From the NCBI GenBank assembly GCA_002269645.1, contig NIVC01000089.1:682001-746000 (forward strand): a stretch of DNA of 64,000 nucleotides, written 5' to 3'. The DNA is from Macrostomum lignano (Eukaryota). Below, piece after piece: positions 24,461 to 35,606 of this stretch. The notes beneath the pieces were generated by a model. It was not told the origin of the DNA. It did not search any database and was given only the letters and a program-made list of their open reading frames with translations. Within the stretch, counting starts at the first letter, position 1; the number at the start of each line of letters is the position of its first letter. A program made the position numbers and the translations under genes.

Positions 24461-25916
24461 CGTCTTTCTATTCGGCCGAAATTTCGAGCTGCAGACGGAA
24501 CACCCTGCGTTGACTACCCTTCTGAGCATGCACCCCGGCCTGCACCGGGCACAGGCCTCTACATGTACGACTCCATCGCTGGGCAAACAGTCTGATCTGT
24601 TCTACGGCTTCAGCAGCAAGTGCATCGCTGTGAAAATTGTGACATCGCCCAGACTTTCCGTCTCGATGCCAGCACGATGGAGCTGAAGCTGAAGACAACA
24701 GCCTTTGCGGCGATCGTGCAGGCTGTCAATGCGATCCTCTTGTATGGAGCACTTAACCTGGTGTCCGTGGAACAGCTAGCGCCGCAACTCGGGAAGACAC
24801 CGTTCTGCAGTAGGTGATGCAGATGAGTGGCTGGTCAGAATCAAGTAAGCAACTGGAAGCAAAGCTGCTAACTTTCTAAAAAGGTCCTCGGTGAGCCTTC
24901 GAGGTCCTCGAAAGGCTCCAAAGCAGTCATTCCACCGGCGCTGTAGGAGAAACTACTGAAAATGGCTCACTTTGGTCATCTCGGGATCAGCCGGACAAAG
25001 CAGCACTGTCGAGAAACTGTCTGGTGGCCAACTTCGATCGAGACGTCGAGGACTTTATCAAGAATTGCGAGCCGTGCGAAGTCAGTGAAAAATTATTCAA
25101 GCCTCCAAGAGTGCTGTTAAAACCGACTAGATGGCCGTCTTAGCCGTGGAGTGACCATAGTGGCCAAAGTTTGCCTGTCTATCATCAGTGACGTAATTTC
25201 GATTGTTATCAGCGCATCATATATCCTAAAATCGCTCTTCGCCAGATGGGGACTCCCGAAAGTCATCAATACGGACGGTGGGCCCCAGTTCACGTTCGCC
25301 GAATTCGAGGAATTCCTCAAAGACCATGGCATCGAGCACCGCAGGTCGCCAGCCTATTATCGTCAGGGAAATTCCGGCGTTGAACGTCTTAACAGGTTCC
25401 TCAAAGAGGGGCTGAAGAGCCACTTGGATGACGGCTACGAGTTCAAGGACGCCATCTGGATGCTCCTGTGGCCTAGTACAGGGCGACTCCGCACGCACTC
25501 ACTGGCGTCTCTCCAGCCGAGCTGATGCTGGGGCGAAAGATGACGACCTCGCTCTCAATGCTGAAGCCGAGCCGGCCGAGAGTTCATCCAGCGGCCGCAG
25601 GCATTCGAGATCGGCAGAAGCGGAACTCGAAACCAAGGCCGATTGCCACCGCCGCAGTTCGCAACTAGTGAGAGAGTGCGCGTTCGACGCCCGCAGGCTT
25701 GCGGCAAGCTGGCTAGTCGGATGTCTGAGCCAAGGACACGGTCGCTTCGATGTGCAGCCTCACAATCATCAAACTCGACGACGACGGCATGTGTCACAGC
25801 ACTATAGGATATATGCGCATCCGGCGACGTCGGCGAAGGCGACGTTGATTCGTCAGTGTTTGCCAGTACGATGCACGGGCAAATAACGGCCAGAGCACCG
25901 AACCATCCAATCAATG

Positions 25917-26105
25917 AAAAGCCGGAACCTGTTATGTCCGGTGAGAATTTAGGAGGGCCCCAAGGGCAGGAAATAAAACAGTATATTACATGTATGCTTT
26001 GTTCCTGAATTGGAACAAGTGTTGTTTTTTGGAGACACAGCCAAGAAGACCTGCCTCTCTTCCGAGTTCCGAGTCCTAAATTTGTGCCCGAGCACAGCTA
26101 GAACA
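25917..26105 (+). mobile_element. LTR-like dispersed repeat, copy 2 (empty site for the P insertion), directly 3' of Gypsy pol
   Basis: Aligns with 13385-13565 + 15491-15505; single gcccgagc at 26086-26093; TGTTATGT...TAGAACA. Confidence 0.5.
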
Positions 26106-27634
26106 GCATGCATGTACACAAAATGGACAGCAATGGAGAGCAAAAACATCCACATAATAATGCTCCTGATGAGATCGGTAGTCATGACAAATCCTCTAGT
26201 ATGTGAGTTTTCTGTGCATTCAAGGTAGTAGTACATGTACCTTAAAAATAGCAACTCTGCTGATTGCCAACAATATATTTCAAGTTATTAGTTTCGGTGC
26301 ACTGCCTCTGAGGACCAGGCATATCTCATTACAGGGAAAACGAAACACCGTCAACACCTGAAGGAGCATTGGCTAAAAGATCAGCCACCCAAGAACACCT
26401 GCTCACGTGTGATTTATTTTTCAACAGCAACCCTCTCGACTTGTTCAAGATAAGTGATTCCTGCCGTAATTTAGATAACCGCGTCCGCCAGGAATCACGG
26501 CATTAACATTTAAATACCTTGAGTTAAGTCTTAACCACTTGCGTAATATAACAAAATCAGCAAGCATAATATAACCGAAAGGATAGGGGCCTAAATACTT
26601 TTTTAGGCATCGAAAAATATTTTGTAAAACTAAGATCTGACACGCCTTGTGAACTTAAGGGAACTTATTTGTGTAGCTCTTAAATTTAACTTAAGTTAAA
26701 TGGTAAATGGTATATCTTATTCTTTAGGTCACCTAGTATAAAAGAAGGAAGCCAAGCTACTAAAGTATTTTTCTAGGTAAAATCAGTATAAAAAGCTCAA
26801 CTTATTAAATAATTAAGATAAGAATCAAAAAAGTTATAATTGGTACCATGGCCCATGCTGGCCATAGAACTTTGTCTTTATATGCACCTAAATGCCATTG
26901 GTAATGTTTTGTATGCACAATTATAGGTCATTCAAATCAAAGAATGCAGATAACATATAATATGATAGCTGCAACTTGGTAAGAAGTAAATATATAATTG
27001 TAGTACAAGGTAATCTAAGCCATGATTTATATTAAAATGAAGAAAAATGGCTAAATATAATTTAATGCAGGAAGCTAAGACATTGCCACTATTTAAATTG
27101 AAATCATTTATTAAGAAAAAAGATCATTGTTTGACTGGTTAAATGGTTTGATCATATTTAATTGCAATATATAATAGATCAATACCTTAGTAATAGAAAT
27201 TTAATAGAAATTTCAATTTAACTTTTTTTGTAGAAACAAGGTAAATATTCTATATTTAATCTTTGTTAATATAATAAGAGTATCCTCTTAAGAGTAAGAG
27301 TGTAGTCTCATTAAAGCCAAATTACTCTGACATAGAAATATACTTTGAGATGATGGCAACTCTCCAATTTATAGAATCTGATTTTTATAATTGATTTAGA
27401 AATGAAATTTCAGCTTTAATTATAGAAACAAATTTTATACCTATAATTTTTGTATTCCATTATCATTTCTATAATCTATATATTAGTCACTAATTTCTAA
27501 TTTTCCATTGATGTTCCACAATTTCTTGTCTAAAATCTTCTGCAACAAAAATCCAGAAAAAACTTGAGTTCAGCTTGGCAGCTGCGCTAACCAAAGCTGC
27601 CAATGCTTTGTGTGCAGGCCAGCCACCGCTGCCA

Positions 27635-29254
27635 ATGTTTAAGCGACAATCCATGGGCAAGTCGCTGGCTAATGGCAAGCAGCAGCAGCAGGCTCTGCCA
27701 AACCCTCAGGACCGGCCCATGTCAATGATCAGCAGTGGCGGCGGTTTCAGCGGCCTGTTCTGCTCAAAGCAGTTTAAATTGTCTCAGTCTACAGCTTCTC
27801 TGGCTTCATCTTCTTCTGGAGCATCTGGCATTGATTACATTGGCAACGAGACCAGCGCTGCCAGGCCGCAGTCTTATCAGCAGCTGCAGCAGTACCAGAA
27901 CCAGTACCGCCCGCATCAGCAGCAGCATCGGTCTGTTGAAAATCTATCAGATCATCGCCTGTTTGTAGCTAACTCTTCTGCGCCATCATCTGCTCAGCTT
28001 CGCCCGGCGCAGTCATCAGCTTGGCAGCAGCAGAGGGAAGCCAAATCTGCCAGTTTGCCACTGCAGCCACCGCGGCTGCAGCAGCAGCATCAGCGCGAAG
28101 CTTCCAGCGGTTCGATTGCACATCAAAGCGGCAGTCGTCAGTTGCGCCAGGCCGCCACAGCCCTGTGCGTTCATTGTGCCGTTGGCGCCTGCAGCCTCCG
28201 CCTAGCGGCTGAGCGCCTCATCCTCACCTGGGACGTCTGGCCCACGGCCTCCGCCTCCGAGGAAGACGAAAGCGTGAGCGGAGACGGGCAGTCCGCCCTT
28301 AACGAGGCCGACACAGAGGCGCGCCTACGTCGCGAGCTGGACAGTGTCCGGCTGCTGTCCGAGCTTCTCAGAGCCCGCCTACTGTCCGTCTCGGCCGATC
28401 CGACCGCCGAAGCCGACAGCGAAGCGGCCGAATGCGTTCAGCGTCTTCAGGGCGCCGTGTTGGCAGCCGCTGCCGCCGGCAACGCGCTGGCGTCTCTGCC
28501 TGCGATTGCTCGGTGGCGTCAGGACCAGCAGCTGACGGAGCAGTCGCAGCATCTGCAACCGCAGCGATTGAATTTCCATCAAGTCCGCCTGCACTGCGAC
28601 CGCATCGAAGCGGCCCTTGTCGGTCTGCAGGTGGCCGTGTCCGTGGAGATTGGCAGCGTCAGCTTCGTTGGCAACGGCGTCAGTGGCAGCGGCGGCGGCT
28701 CTGGTAGCGGCACTGACAGCGGCGGCGCCTGCCTGGTGCTGCAATGCGAGCGGCTGTCGCGGTCCCTCAGCGACTTGGCCGCCGCCTGCCGGCCCCAGGC
28801 GCTGCCAGCCGCCTGCCAGCCAGCCGACCGGGAGGCCCTGCAGCTCTGCCTGCGATCCGTCACGGCCGGTGCCACCCTGCTGCTGCACGCCGTCCGCACC
28901 GCGCACAACCGGCCGGCCGATGCCGACTGTCGCGGCCGGGTTGAACTCGCCATTAGCGGCTTGCGGCCGGCGCTGCGCGCCCTACTTGGCGCCGCGTCTG
29001 AGGCGCGTTTCTCTGGCCGGCCGTTGGCACTGACGGAGTCGGAGCGGGCGCGCCGAGTTCGAGTCCTGTGCCGCCTGCTGCCAGTCGTGTCGGCCGCCGG
29101 CAGCCTGCTGGCCTGCCTTGCCGACAGGCCGCCGTCGCCTGCCGCTGCCCGACGTTGGCAGCAGCGAGCCGGCGCCTGCATCGACGAGGTTAGACGAGTC
29201 AGCGCCGACTGTTTGACAGCGCTGGAGTCGGGCTTCTCTGTGAGGCGGGACTGA
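27635..29254 (+). CDS. TLNRD1: Talin rod domain-containing protein 1 (MESDC1), intronless, with Q/S-rich N-terminal extension
   Basis: ALCVHC..LRLAAERLIL resembles human VCDHCKGKMQLVADLLLL. LSRSLSDLAAAC..LQLCLRSVTAGATLLLHAVR..ALRALLGAASEARFSGRP..VVSAAGSLLACLAD resembles human [64 protein letters not shown]. First in-frame ATG at 27635; AATAAA at 29313. Confidence 0.78.
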   Translation: MFKRQSMGKSLANGKQQQQALPNPQDRPMSMISSGGGFSGLFCSKQFKLSQSTASLASSSSGASGIDYIGNETSAARPQSYQQLQQYQNQYRPHQQQHRSVENLSDHRLFVANSSAPSSAQLRPAQSSAWQQQREAKSASLPLQPPRLQQQHQREASSGSIAHQSGSRQLRQAATALCVHCAVGACSLRLAAERLILTWDVWPTASASEEDESVSGDGQSALNEADTEARLRRELDSVRLLSELLRARLLSVSADPTAEADSEAAECVQRLQGAVLAAAAAGNALASLPAIARWRQDQQLTEQSQHLQPQRLNFHQVRLHCDRIEAALVGLQVAVSVEIGSVSFVGNGVSGSGGGSGSGTDSGGACLVLQCERLSRSLSDLAAACRPQALPAACQPADREALQLCLRSVTAGATLLLHAVRTAHNRPADADCRGRVELAISGLRPALRALLGAASEARFSGRPLALTESERARRVRVLCRLLPVVSAAGSLLACLADRPPSPAAARRWQQRAGACIDEVRRVSADCLTALESGFSVRRD

Positions 29255-29537
29255 GGTATCAGTGTGCTCTGTCTCTGTACTGGCAGCGTCTATCAGTCCG
29301 TAATTTCTGGTCAATAAAAGTCTAAGAAGCCATTTGGAGCTTTAATAATCATTTATCGCTTACTACGCTTAGTCTGCTGAGGCTAATAAATTATTATCAT
29401 TTATCTGCTTATGCTCGTGTACCAAAGCCGCCTTCTGTTGTATGTTTTTGTTTTTTAGAATATCTAGCGCCTTCATTGTATGTGTTTACTGTGTTTGGTC
29501 TCTGTGTGATCATGTAATAGTCTGGAGATCCTCATTT

Positions 29538-30042
29538 GCTGGGCCAGCCTCCCAGATTCTCAGTTGCTGGGCCAGCCTCCCAGATCCTCAGTTGCTGGGC
29601 CAGCCTCCCAGATCCTCAGTTGTTGGGCCAGCCTCCCAGATCCTCAGTTGTTGGGCCAGCCTCCCAAATCCTCAGTTGCTAGGGCCAGCCTCCCAGATCC
29701 CCAATTGCTGGGCCAGCCTCCCAGATCCTTAGTTATTGGGCCAGCCTCCCAGATCCTCAGTTACTGGGCCAGCCTCCCAGATCCTCAGTTACTGGGCCAG
29801 CCTCCCAGATCCTCAGTTGCTGGGCCAGCCTCCCAGATCCTCAGTTACTGGGCCAGCCTCCCAGATCCTCAGTTGCTGGGCCAGCCTCCCAGATCCTCAG
29901 TTACTGGGCCAGCCTCCCAGATCCTCAGTTGCTGGGCCAGCCTCCCAGATCCTCAGTTGCTGGGTCAGCCTCTCAGTTACTGGGCCAGCCTCCCAGATCC
30001 TCAGTTACTGGGCCAGCCTCCCAGATCCTCAGTTGCTGGGCC
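29538..30042. repeat. 28-bp minisatellite (about 18 units)
   Basis: gggccagcctcccagatcctcagttact. Confidence 0.95.
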
Positions 30043-31169
30043 ACCGCCAGTCTCCCTAGATCTTTAACATCATTAAAAACCGTACAATTGAATTAGTTAC
30101 ATTTTCATATTCCAAAGCCTGTTACTGTATTTTGCTGCAAAGCTGGTTCATTGTGAATTCAGCAAATTTTTAATTGCCAATTATCGCATTCGTGTTGGCA
30201 GGTGAAATCGAATTTTATTGAATACTCCTTGCTTACTTCAGGCCCGAAGGCTTGCTATCATTTTCTCCAATGTCCAGCGCTCAAAGCTTCGAGGCTATTG
30301 TGGCCGACTGTGATTTCGGGAATGATTTTGTTTACTCACAGAAAATTTATTGCAAGCTTATCTACATTTACTCAATGTTTCCATTATCGAGTTATAACTA
30401 TTATTTATTCTCGGCTTCTACTATTCGTTAGTCGGCTGTGAGATTTTCGTTTTGCGTCTTTTATCTGTTTCTCGCTTTAATCAGGATCTTGGGGAAGTCC
30501 CAGGGCGGCCAGCTAGTCAATACTTGAAGCCTGCTAATTCATAAATCAAGGTTTCAATGCCGCCATGCAGTCTCCCTGTCATTGCAGGTTTGTCGAACGT
30601 GACTCTGAGCACATTTGTTACCGGCTACTCTCTGTAGGAGTAGTTTATCATCTGTTTGTTAATATTTATGAAAGTTTCAATTAGATTATATAAATATATA
30701 AGCGATTTAATTGGCCTATGCTAACTCGTTTCAGCAATCAACGGTTATAAATTTGGAATTAAATTTATTGCATGCCTTCTTCAGTTTATTAACTTTCTAA
30801 AGTTTGTTGCTATTTTTAGACATTAAAATTAGAGTCCCGTTTAGGCATATGTGTGTACATATTGTATAATAACCTATTTCCAGTGCGAGTGCCTTACTAG
30901 CAGGTTTACTTTAGTGAAGTGTAGTCGGTGTGGGCCCAACTAATTTTGTTGCCCAGGCTAAACTCGGCCACACCCTTTATGCAACCATCTTTTAGCTCTG
31001 GTTATTTGAGCTTTACTATTTAGTCTGTGTGAACATCTCTAGTAGGGCGATGTGCAAGAACTCTTGTTGAGTTTCTAGCTCTATTGTTTGGACTGTTAAC
31101 TCACCGTATAGCTTAGCCTGGCTGAGTACAGTATGTCCTTGTTGCTACTAGCTCTTGTGACATCTCTCA

Positions 31170-31510
31170 TACTACTAGCTCCCTCTCTTGTCTGCTTCTC
31201 ACACTCTACTGTCTCCCTCTCTTGTCTGCCTCTCACACTACTGTCTCCCTCTCTTGTCTGCCTCTCACACTACTGTCTCCCTCTCTTGTCTGCCTCTCAC
31301 ACTACTGTCTCCCTCTCTTGTCTGCCTCTCACACTACTGTCTGTCTCCCTCTCTTGTCTGTCTCTCACACTCTAGTGTCTCCCTCTCTTGTCTGTCTCTC
31401 TCACTCTACTGCCTCCCTCTCTTGTCTGCCTCTCACTCTACTGTCTCCCTCTCTTGTCTGCTTCTCACACTCTACTGTCTCCCTCTCTTGTCTGTCTCTC
31501 ACACTCTACT
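31170..31510. repeat. 32-bp CT-rich tandem repeat
   Basis: ctgtctccctctcttgtctgcctctcacacta. Confidence 0.9.
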
Positions 31511-32877
31511 CTCACTATTTTACCCCCCTCACACTACTCTGTCCCTCTCCTATCCCTTTCTATTGTACTTTACCTTTCCTCAGTTTTCACGAGAACAATC
31601 TTTCATTCAACTTTAGTTTTCAAACAGAAATGTTTATAACTTTTGACAGAATTTCATGCATTGTCCTCTGATTACGGCTTATACATACGATGTTTTAGCT
31701 CATTATCTAGCTGAATCTAGCGCTGTACTCATTTTTCATTATCTATAATTATTTGCCCTCTTGCATTGTGAGTTAGTCGCTATCGTTAATAATGTATTGG
31801 AGAAATTCAACATAGTTTTCTTGCTATTTACTGTATACTTGATGATTAGTTTGGACACGCCTCACTTATGCTCCGTGCTTTTTCTCTGCTTCTTCCACCC
31901 CTAGCCGGTTTCTGGTGAATGACGACTTGACTGATTTGTACTTGCTGGAGCAGTGCTGCGGGCCCTCCCTTTCCAATGCTCTCTTCCCTCTCCATAGCTA
32001 CAAGTCAGGGGGGGGGGCGAATGCAAAGCACAATGGGCCGTAGCAATAGTCCTTGCTTGGTGTGTTTCTATTTTTAGCATCACGCACTATATTATTATTT
32101 TTATTTTTATTACCAATCATTATATGCTTGTAAGCGTATGACTGCGTTTAATATTAACTGTGTACAAGCTGCATAAAATGTCACTGACTATATAAGGCGT
32201 CACCGAAGCAGAATATTTAAATATGTAATTGTATCGTATAGAAGAAGGAATGTAGCGATTGCAGTGCCAGGTGTATCGAATATCCGGCTCTGTTGTGTGC
32301 TCTGTGTGAGTGCAGGGTGCCGGACCCAGCGAGCTTTGCGAGTTTATAAACTCGATTTCCGGTCCGTTAGTGTGTGTTGCCGGATCAATTTCACTGAATC
32401 CAAATCCAATGCGGTTCCCTTGTAGTCTTAATCCAAGCTTTGGTCCTTGCTTGTTTTCTAAACCTTATATTATGAAGTGCTTCTCTTTCTATAGAAACTT
32501 CTCTTTTCCTGTGAGTTTTCTTATACTCTTGAACGAAAAGATTTTCAACAATTGCGGTTTAGTTGAGCCTGCATTATATTATTACTCTCTGATTTTAGTA
32601 CTTAAAAGTAGTGCGTAATGAAATTTGGCTAGAATTTTTTTCCGAGGCCAACTCGCACGCATCCAAAGTAGCCGATGAATTATTGTTATAAAACCACAAA
32701 ATTGCAGACACGGCGGCGGCTGGCGGTCAGTTCCGCAGCTGCTAATCCACGATTCCAGGTGCCAAATCTCCAGGCGTCATCGCCGGGCTAATCGCGTTCG
32801 CTGTATCGGTTGGCTTAGCAACTCTCTTGACTGTTTGGCCGGCTGTTAGCCAGTGCTCAACTGGGGCTAATCATAGT

Positions 32878-35442
32878 ATGCTGAAGGGTGAGTCTGCTTT
32901 TGTCACCATGTGGCCGAGTGAATGACAAGTTATGACTCATGTTATAGAGGTGGTATGACTTATTTCCAAAAAACTTTTTTGCATAGTCATAGGACATAAA
33001 GTCATAGACAAGTGATGAGTCATTAGCCCTGACCCAGACAGGTAATGAGTCATTAGCCCTGACCCAGACAGGTGATGAGTCATTAGCCCTGACCCAGACA
33101 GGTAATGAGTCATTAGCCCTGACCCAGACAGGTGATGAGTCATTAGCCCTGACCCAGACAGGTGATGAGTCATTAGCCCTGACCCAGACAGGTGATGAGT
33201 CATTAGCCCTGACCCAGACAGGTGATGAGTCATTAGCCCTGACCCAGAAAGGTGATGAGTCATTAGCCCTAACCCAGATAAGTGATGAGTCATTAGCCCT
33301 GACCCAGACAGGTGATGAGTCATTAGCCCTGACCCAGACAGGTGATGAGTCATTAGCCCTGACCCAGACAGGTGATGAGTCATTAGCCCTGACCCAGACA
33401 GGTGATGAGTCATTAGCCCTGACCCAGAAAGGTGATGAGTCATTAGCCCTAACCCAGATAAGTGATGAGTCATTAGCCCTGACCCAGACAGGTGATGAGT
33501 CATTAGCCCTAGCCCAGATAAGTGATGAGTCATTAGCCCTGACCCAGACAGGTGATGAGTCATTAGCCCTGACCCAGACAGGTGGTGAGTCATTAGCGCT
33601 GACCCAGACAGGTGATGAGTCATTAGCCCTGACCCAGAAAGGTGATGAGCCATTAGCGCTGACCCAGACAGGTGATGAGTCATTAGCCCTGACCCAGAAA
33701 GGTGATGAGTCATTAGCCCTAACCCAGATAAGTGATGAGTCATTAGCCCTGACCCAGACAGGTGATGAGTCATTAGCCCTAGCCCAGATAAGTGATGAGT
33801 CATTAGCCCTGACCCAGACAGGTGATGAGTCATTAGCCCTGACCCAGACAGGTGGTGAGTCATTAGCGCTGACCCAGAAAGGTGATGAGTCATTAGCCCT
33901 AACCCAGATAAGTGATGAGTCATTAGCCCTGACCCAGACAGGTGATGAGTCATTAGCCCTGACCCAGACAGGTAATGAGTCATTAGCCCTGACCCAGACA
34001 GGTGATGAGTCATTAGCCCTGACCCAGACAGGTGATGAGTCATTAGCCCTGACCCAGACAGGTGATGAGTCATTAGCCCTGACCCAGACAGGTGATGAGT
34101 CATTAGCCCTGACCCAGAAAGGTGATGAGTCATTAGCCCTAACCCAGATAAGTGATGAGTCATTAGCCCTGACCCAGACAGGTGATGAGTCATTAGCCCT
34201 GACCCAGACAGGTGATGAGTCATTAGCACTGACCCAGACAGGTGGTGAGTCATTAGCCCTGACCCAGACAGGTGATGAGTCATTAGCCCTGACCCAGAAA
34301 GGTGATGAGTCATTAGCCCTAACCCAGATAAGTGATGAGTCATTAGCCCTGACCCAGACAGGTGATGAGTCATTAGCCCTAGCCCAGATAAGTGATGAGT
34401 CATTAGCCCTGACCCAGACAGGTGATGAGTCATTAGCCCTGACCCAGACAGGTGGTGAGTCATTAGCGCTGACCCAGACAGGTGATGAGTCATTAGCCCT
34501 GACCCAGACAGGTGATGAGCCATTAGCGCTGACCCAGACAGGTGATGAGTCATTAGCCCTGACCCAGAAAGGTGATGAGTCATTAGCCCTAACCCAGATA
34601 AGTGATGAGTCATTAGCCCTGACCCAGACAGGTGATGAGTCATTAGCCCTAGCCCAGATAAGTGATGAGTCATTAGCCCTGACCCAGACAGGTGATGAGT
34701 CATTAGCCCTGACCCAGACAGGTGGTGAGTCATTAGCGCTGACCCAGACAGGTGATGAGTCATTAGCCCTGACCCAGAAAGGTGATGAGTCATTAGCGCT
34801 GACCCATACAGGTGATGAGTCATTAGCCCTGACCCAGAAAGGTGATGAGTCATTAGCCCTGACCCAGACAGGTGATGAGTCATTAGCCCTGACCCAGACA
34901 GGTGATGAGTCATTAGCAAATACTCAGACAGGTGATGAGTCATTAGCACATACTCAGACAGGTGATGAGTCATTAGCAAACACTCAGACAGGTGATGAGT
35001 CATCAGCAAATACTCAGACAGGCAATGAGTCATTAGCCCTGACCCAGATAGGTGATGAGTCATTAGCCCATACTCAGACAGGTGATGAGTCATCAGCAAA
35101 TACTCAGACAGGTGGTGAGTAATCGCCACAGAATTGTGTCAAGTGCTAATGCTGTAGTCATTAACAGAACTTCTCTAAAAGCCACTCATCCAACCCTCGC
35201 TTATTCAGGCCATCGGTTCCGCAGCTCCTGGGCCAGGGCCGCCTACCACAAGATGCAGTTCGATACCGAGCACCTGTCTGAGAACAGCCGCCATCTTGAA
35301 TGGTATCGGTTAGAACAGCCGCAGCTGCTGCCGAAGGAATTGGCTGATGCTTTTGTACAGTTGGAACAAGTGCGTTTGTAATGTGTAGTAGAAGTAGTGT
35401 AGTGGCAGATTAGTAGTAGTAGCAGTAGTAGTACGAGTAGTG

Positions 35443-35496
<54 letters not shown>

Positions 35497-35566
35497 ATAG
35501 TAGAAGTAGTAGTAGTAGTAGCAGTAGTAGTAAGTGGTAGTAGTAGTAGTAGTAGTAACAATAGTA

Positions 35567-35606
<40 letters not shown>

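Larger units (their letters stand above)
21990..25900 (+). mobile_element. Decayed Ty3/Gypsy gag-pol, 5'-truncated, with many frameshifts and stops
   Basis: gag AERYQFRQRAQRPGESVANY and CGKCGQSSH..C; protease LLLDTGS; RT WVSNLVMV, KLDLNSSYLQ, FIDD (micro-duplicated at about 23580-23640); RNase H ACDSSATAIGAVL; integrase HxxHxG..C..C, NTDGGPQF, GNSGVER. Domain order PR-RT-RH-IN. Confidence 0.92.

Noticed and set aside
21994-25914. Individual Gypsy ORF pieces as functional genes
   Set aside because: Many frameshifts and stops, a scrambled RT active-site region and an insertion in RNase H; no sign of a domesticated intact ORF.
26308-26355. Second hammerhead candidate (CTGAGGA...GAAACACCGTC)
   Set aside because: No convincing stem II or stem I pairing.
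29442-31671. ORFs over the 28-bp and 32-bp arrays
   Set aside because: The peptide periodicity equals the repeat unit read through the frames; no protein motifs.
32937-35129. 730-aa antisense ORF (MTHHLSGSGL)n inside the gene for a histidine methyltransferase
   Set aside because: An automatic result of a stop-free 30-bp unit; GTG start; the motif is HH, not the HxH that METTL9 methylates; lies antisense within an intron.
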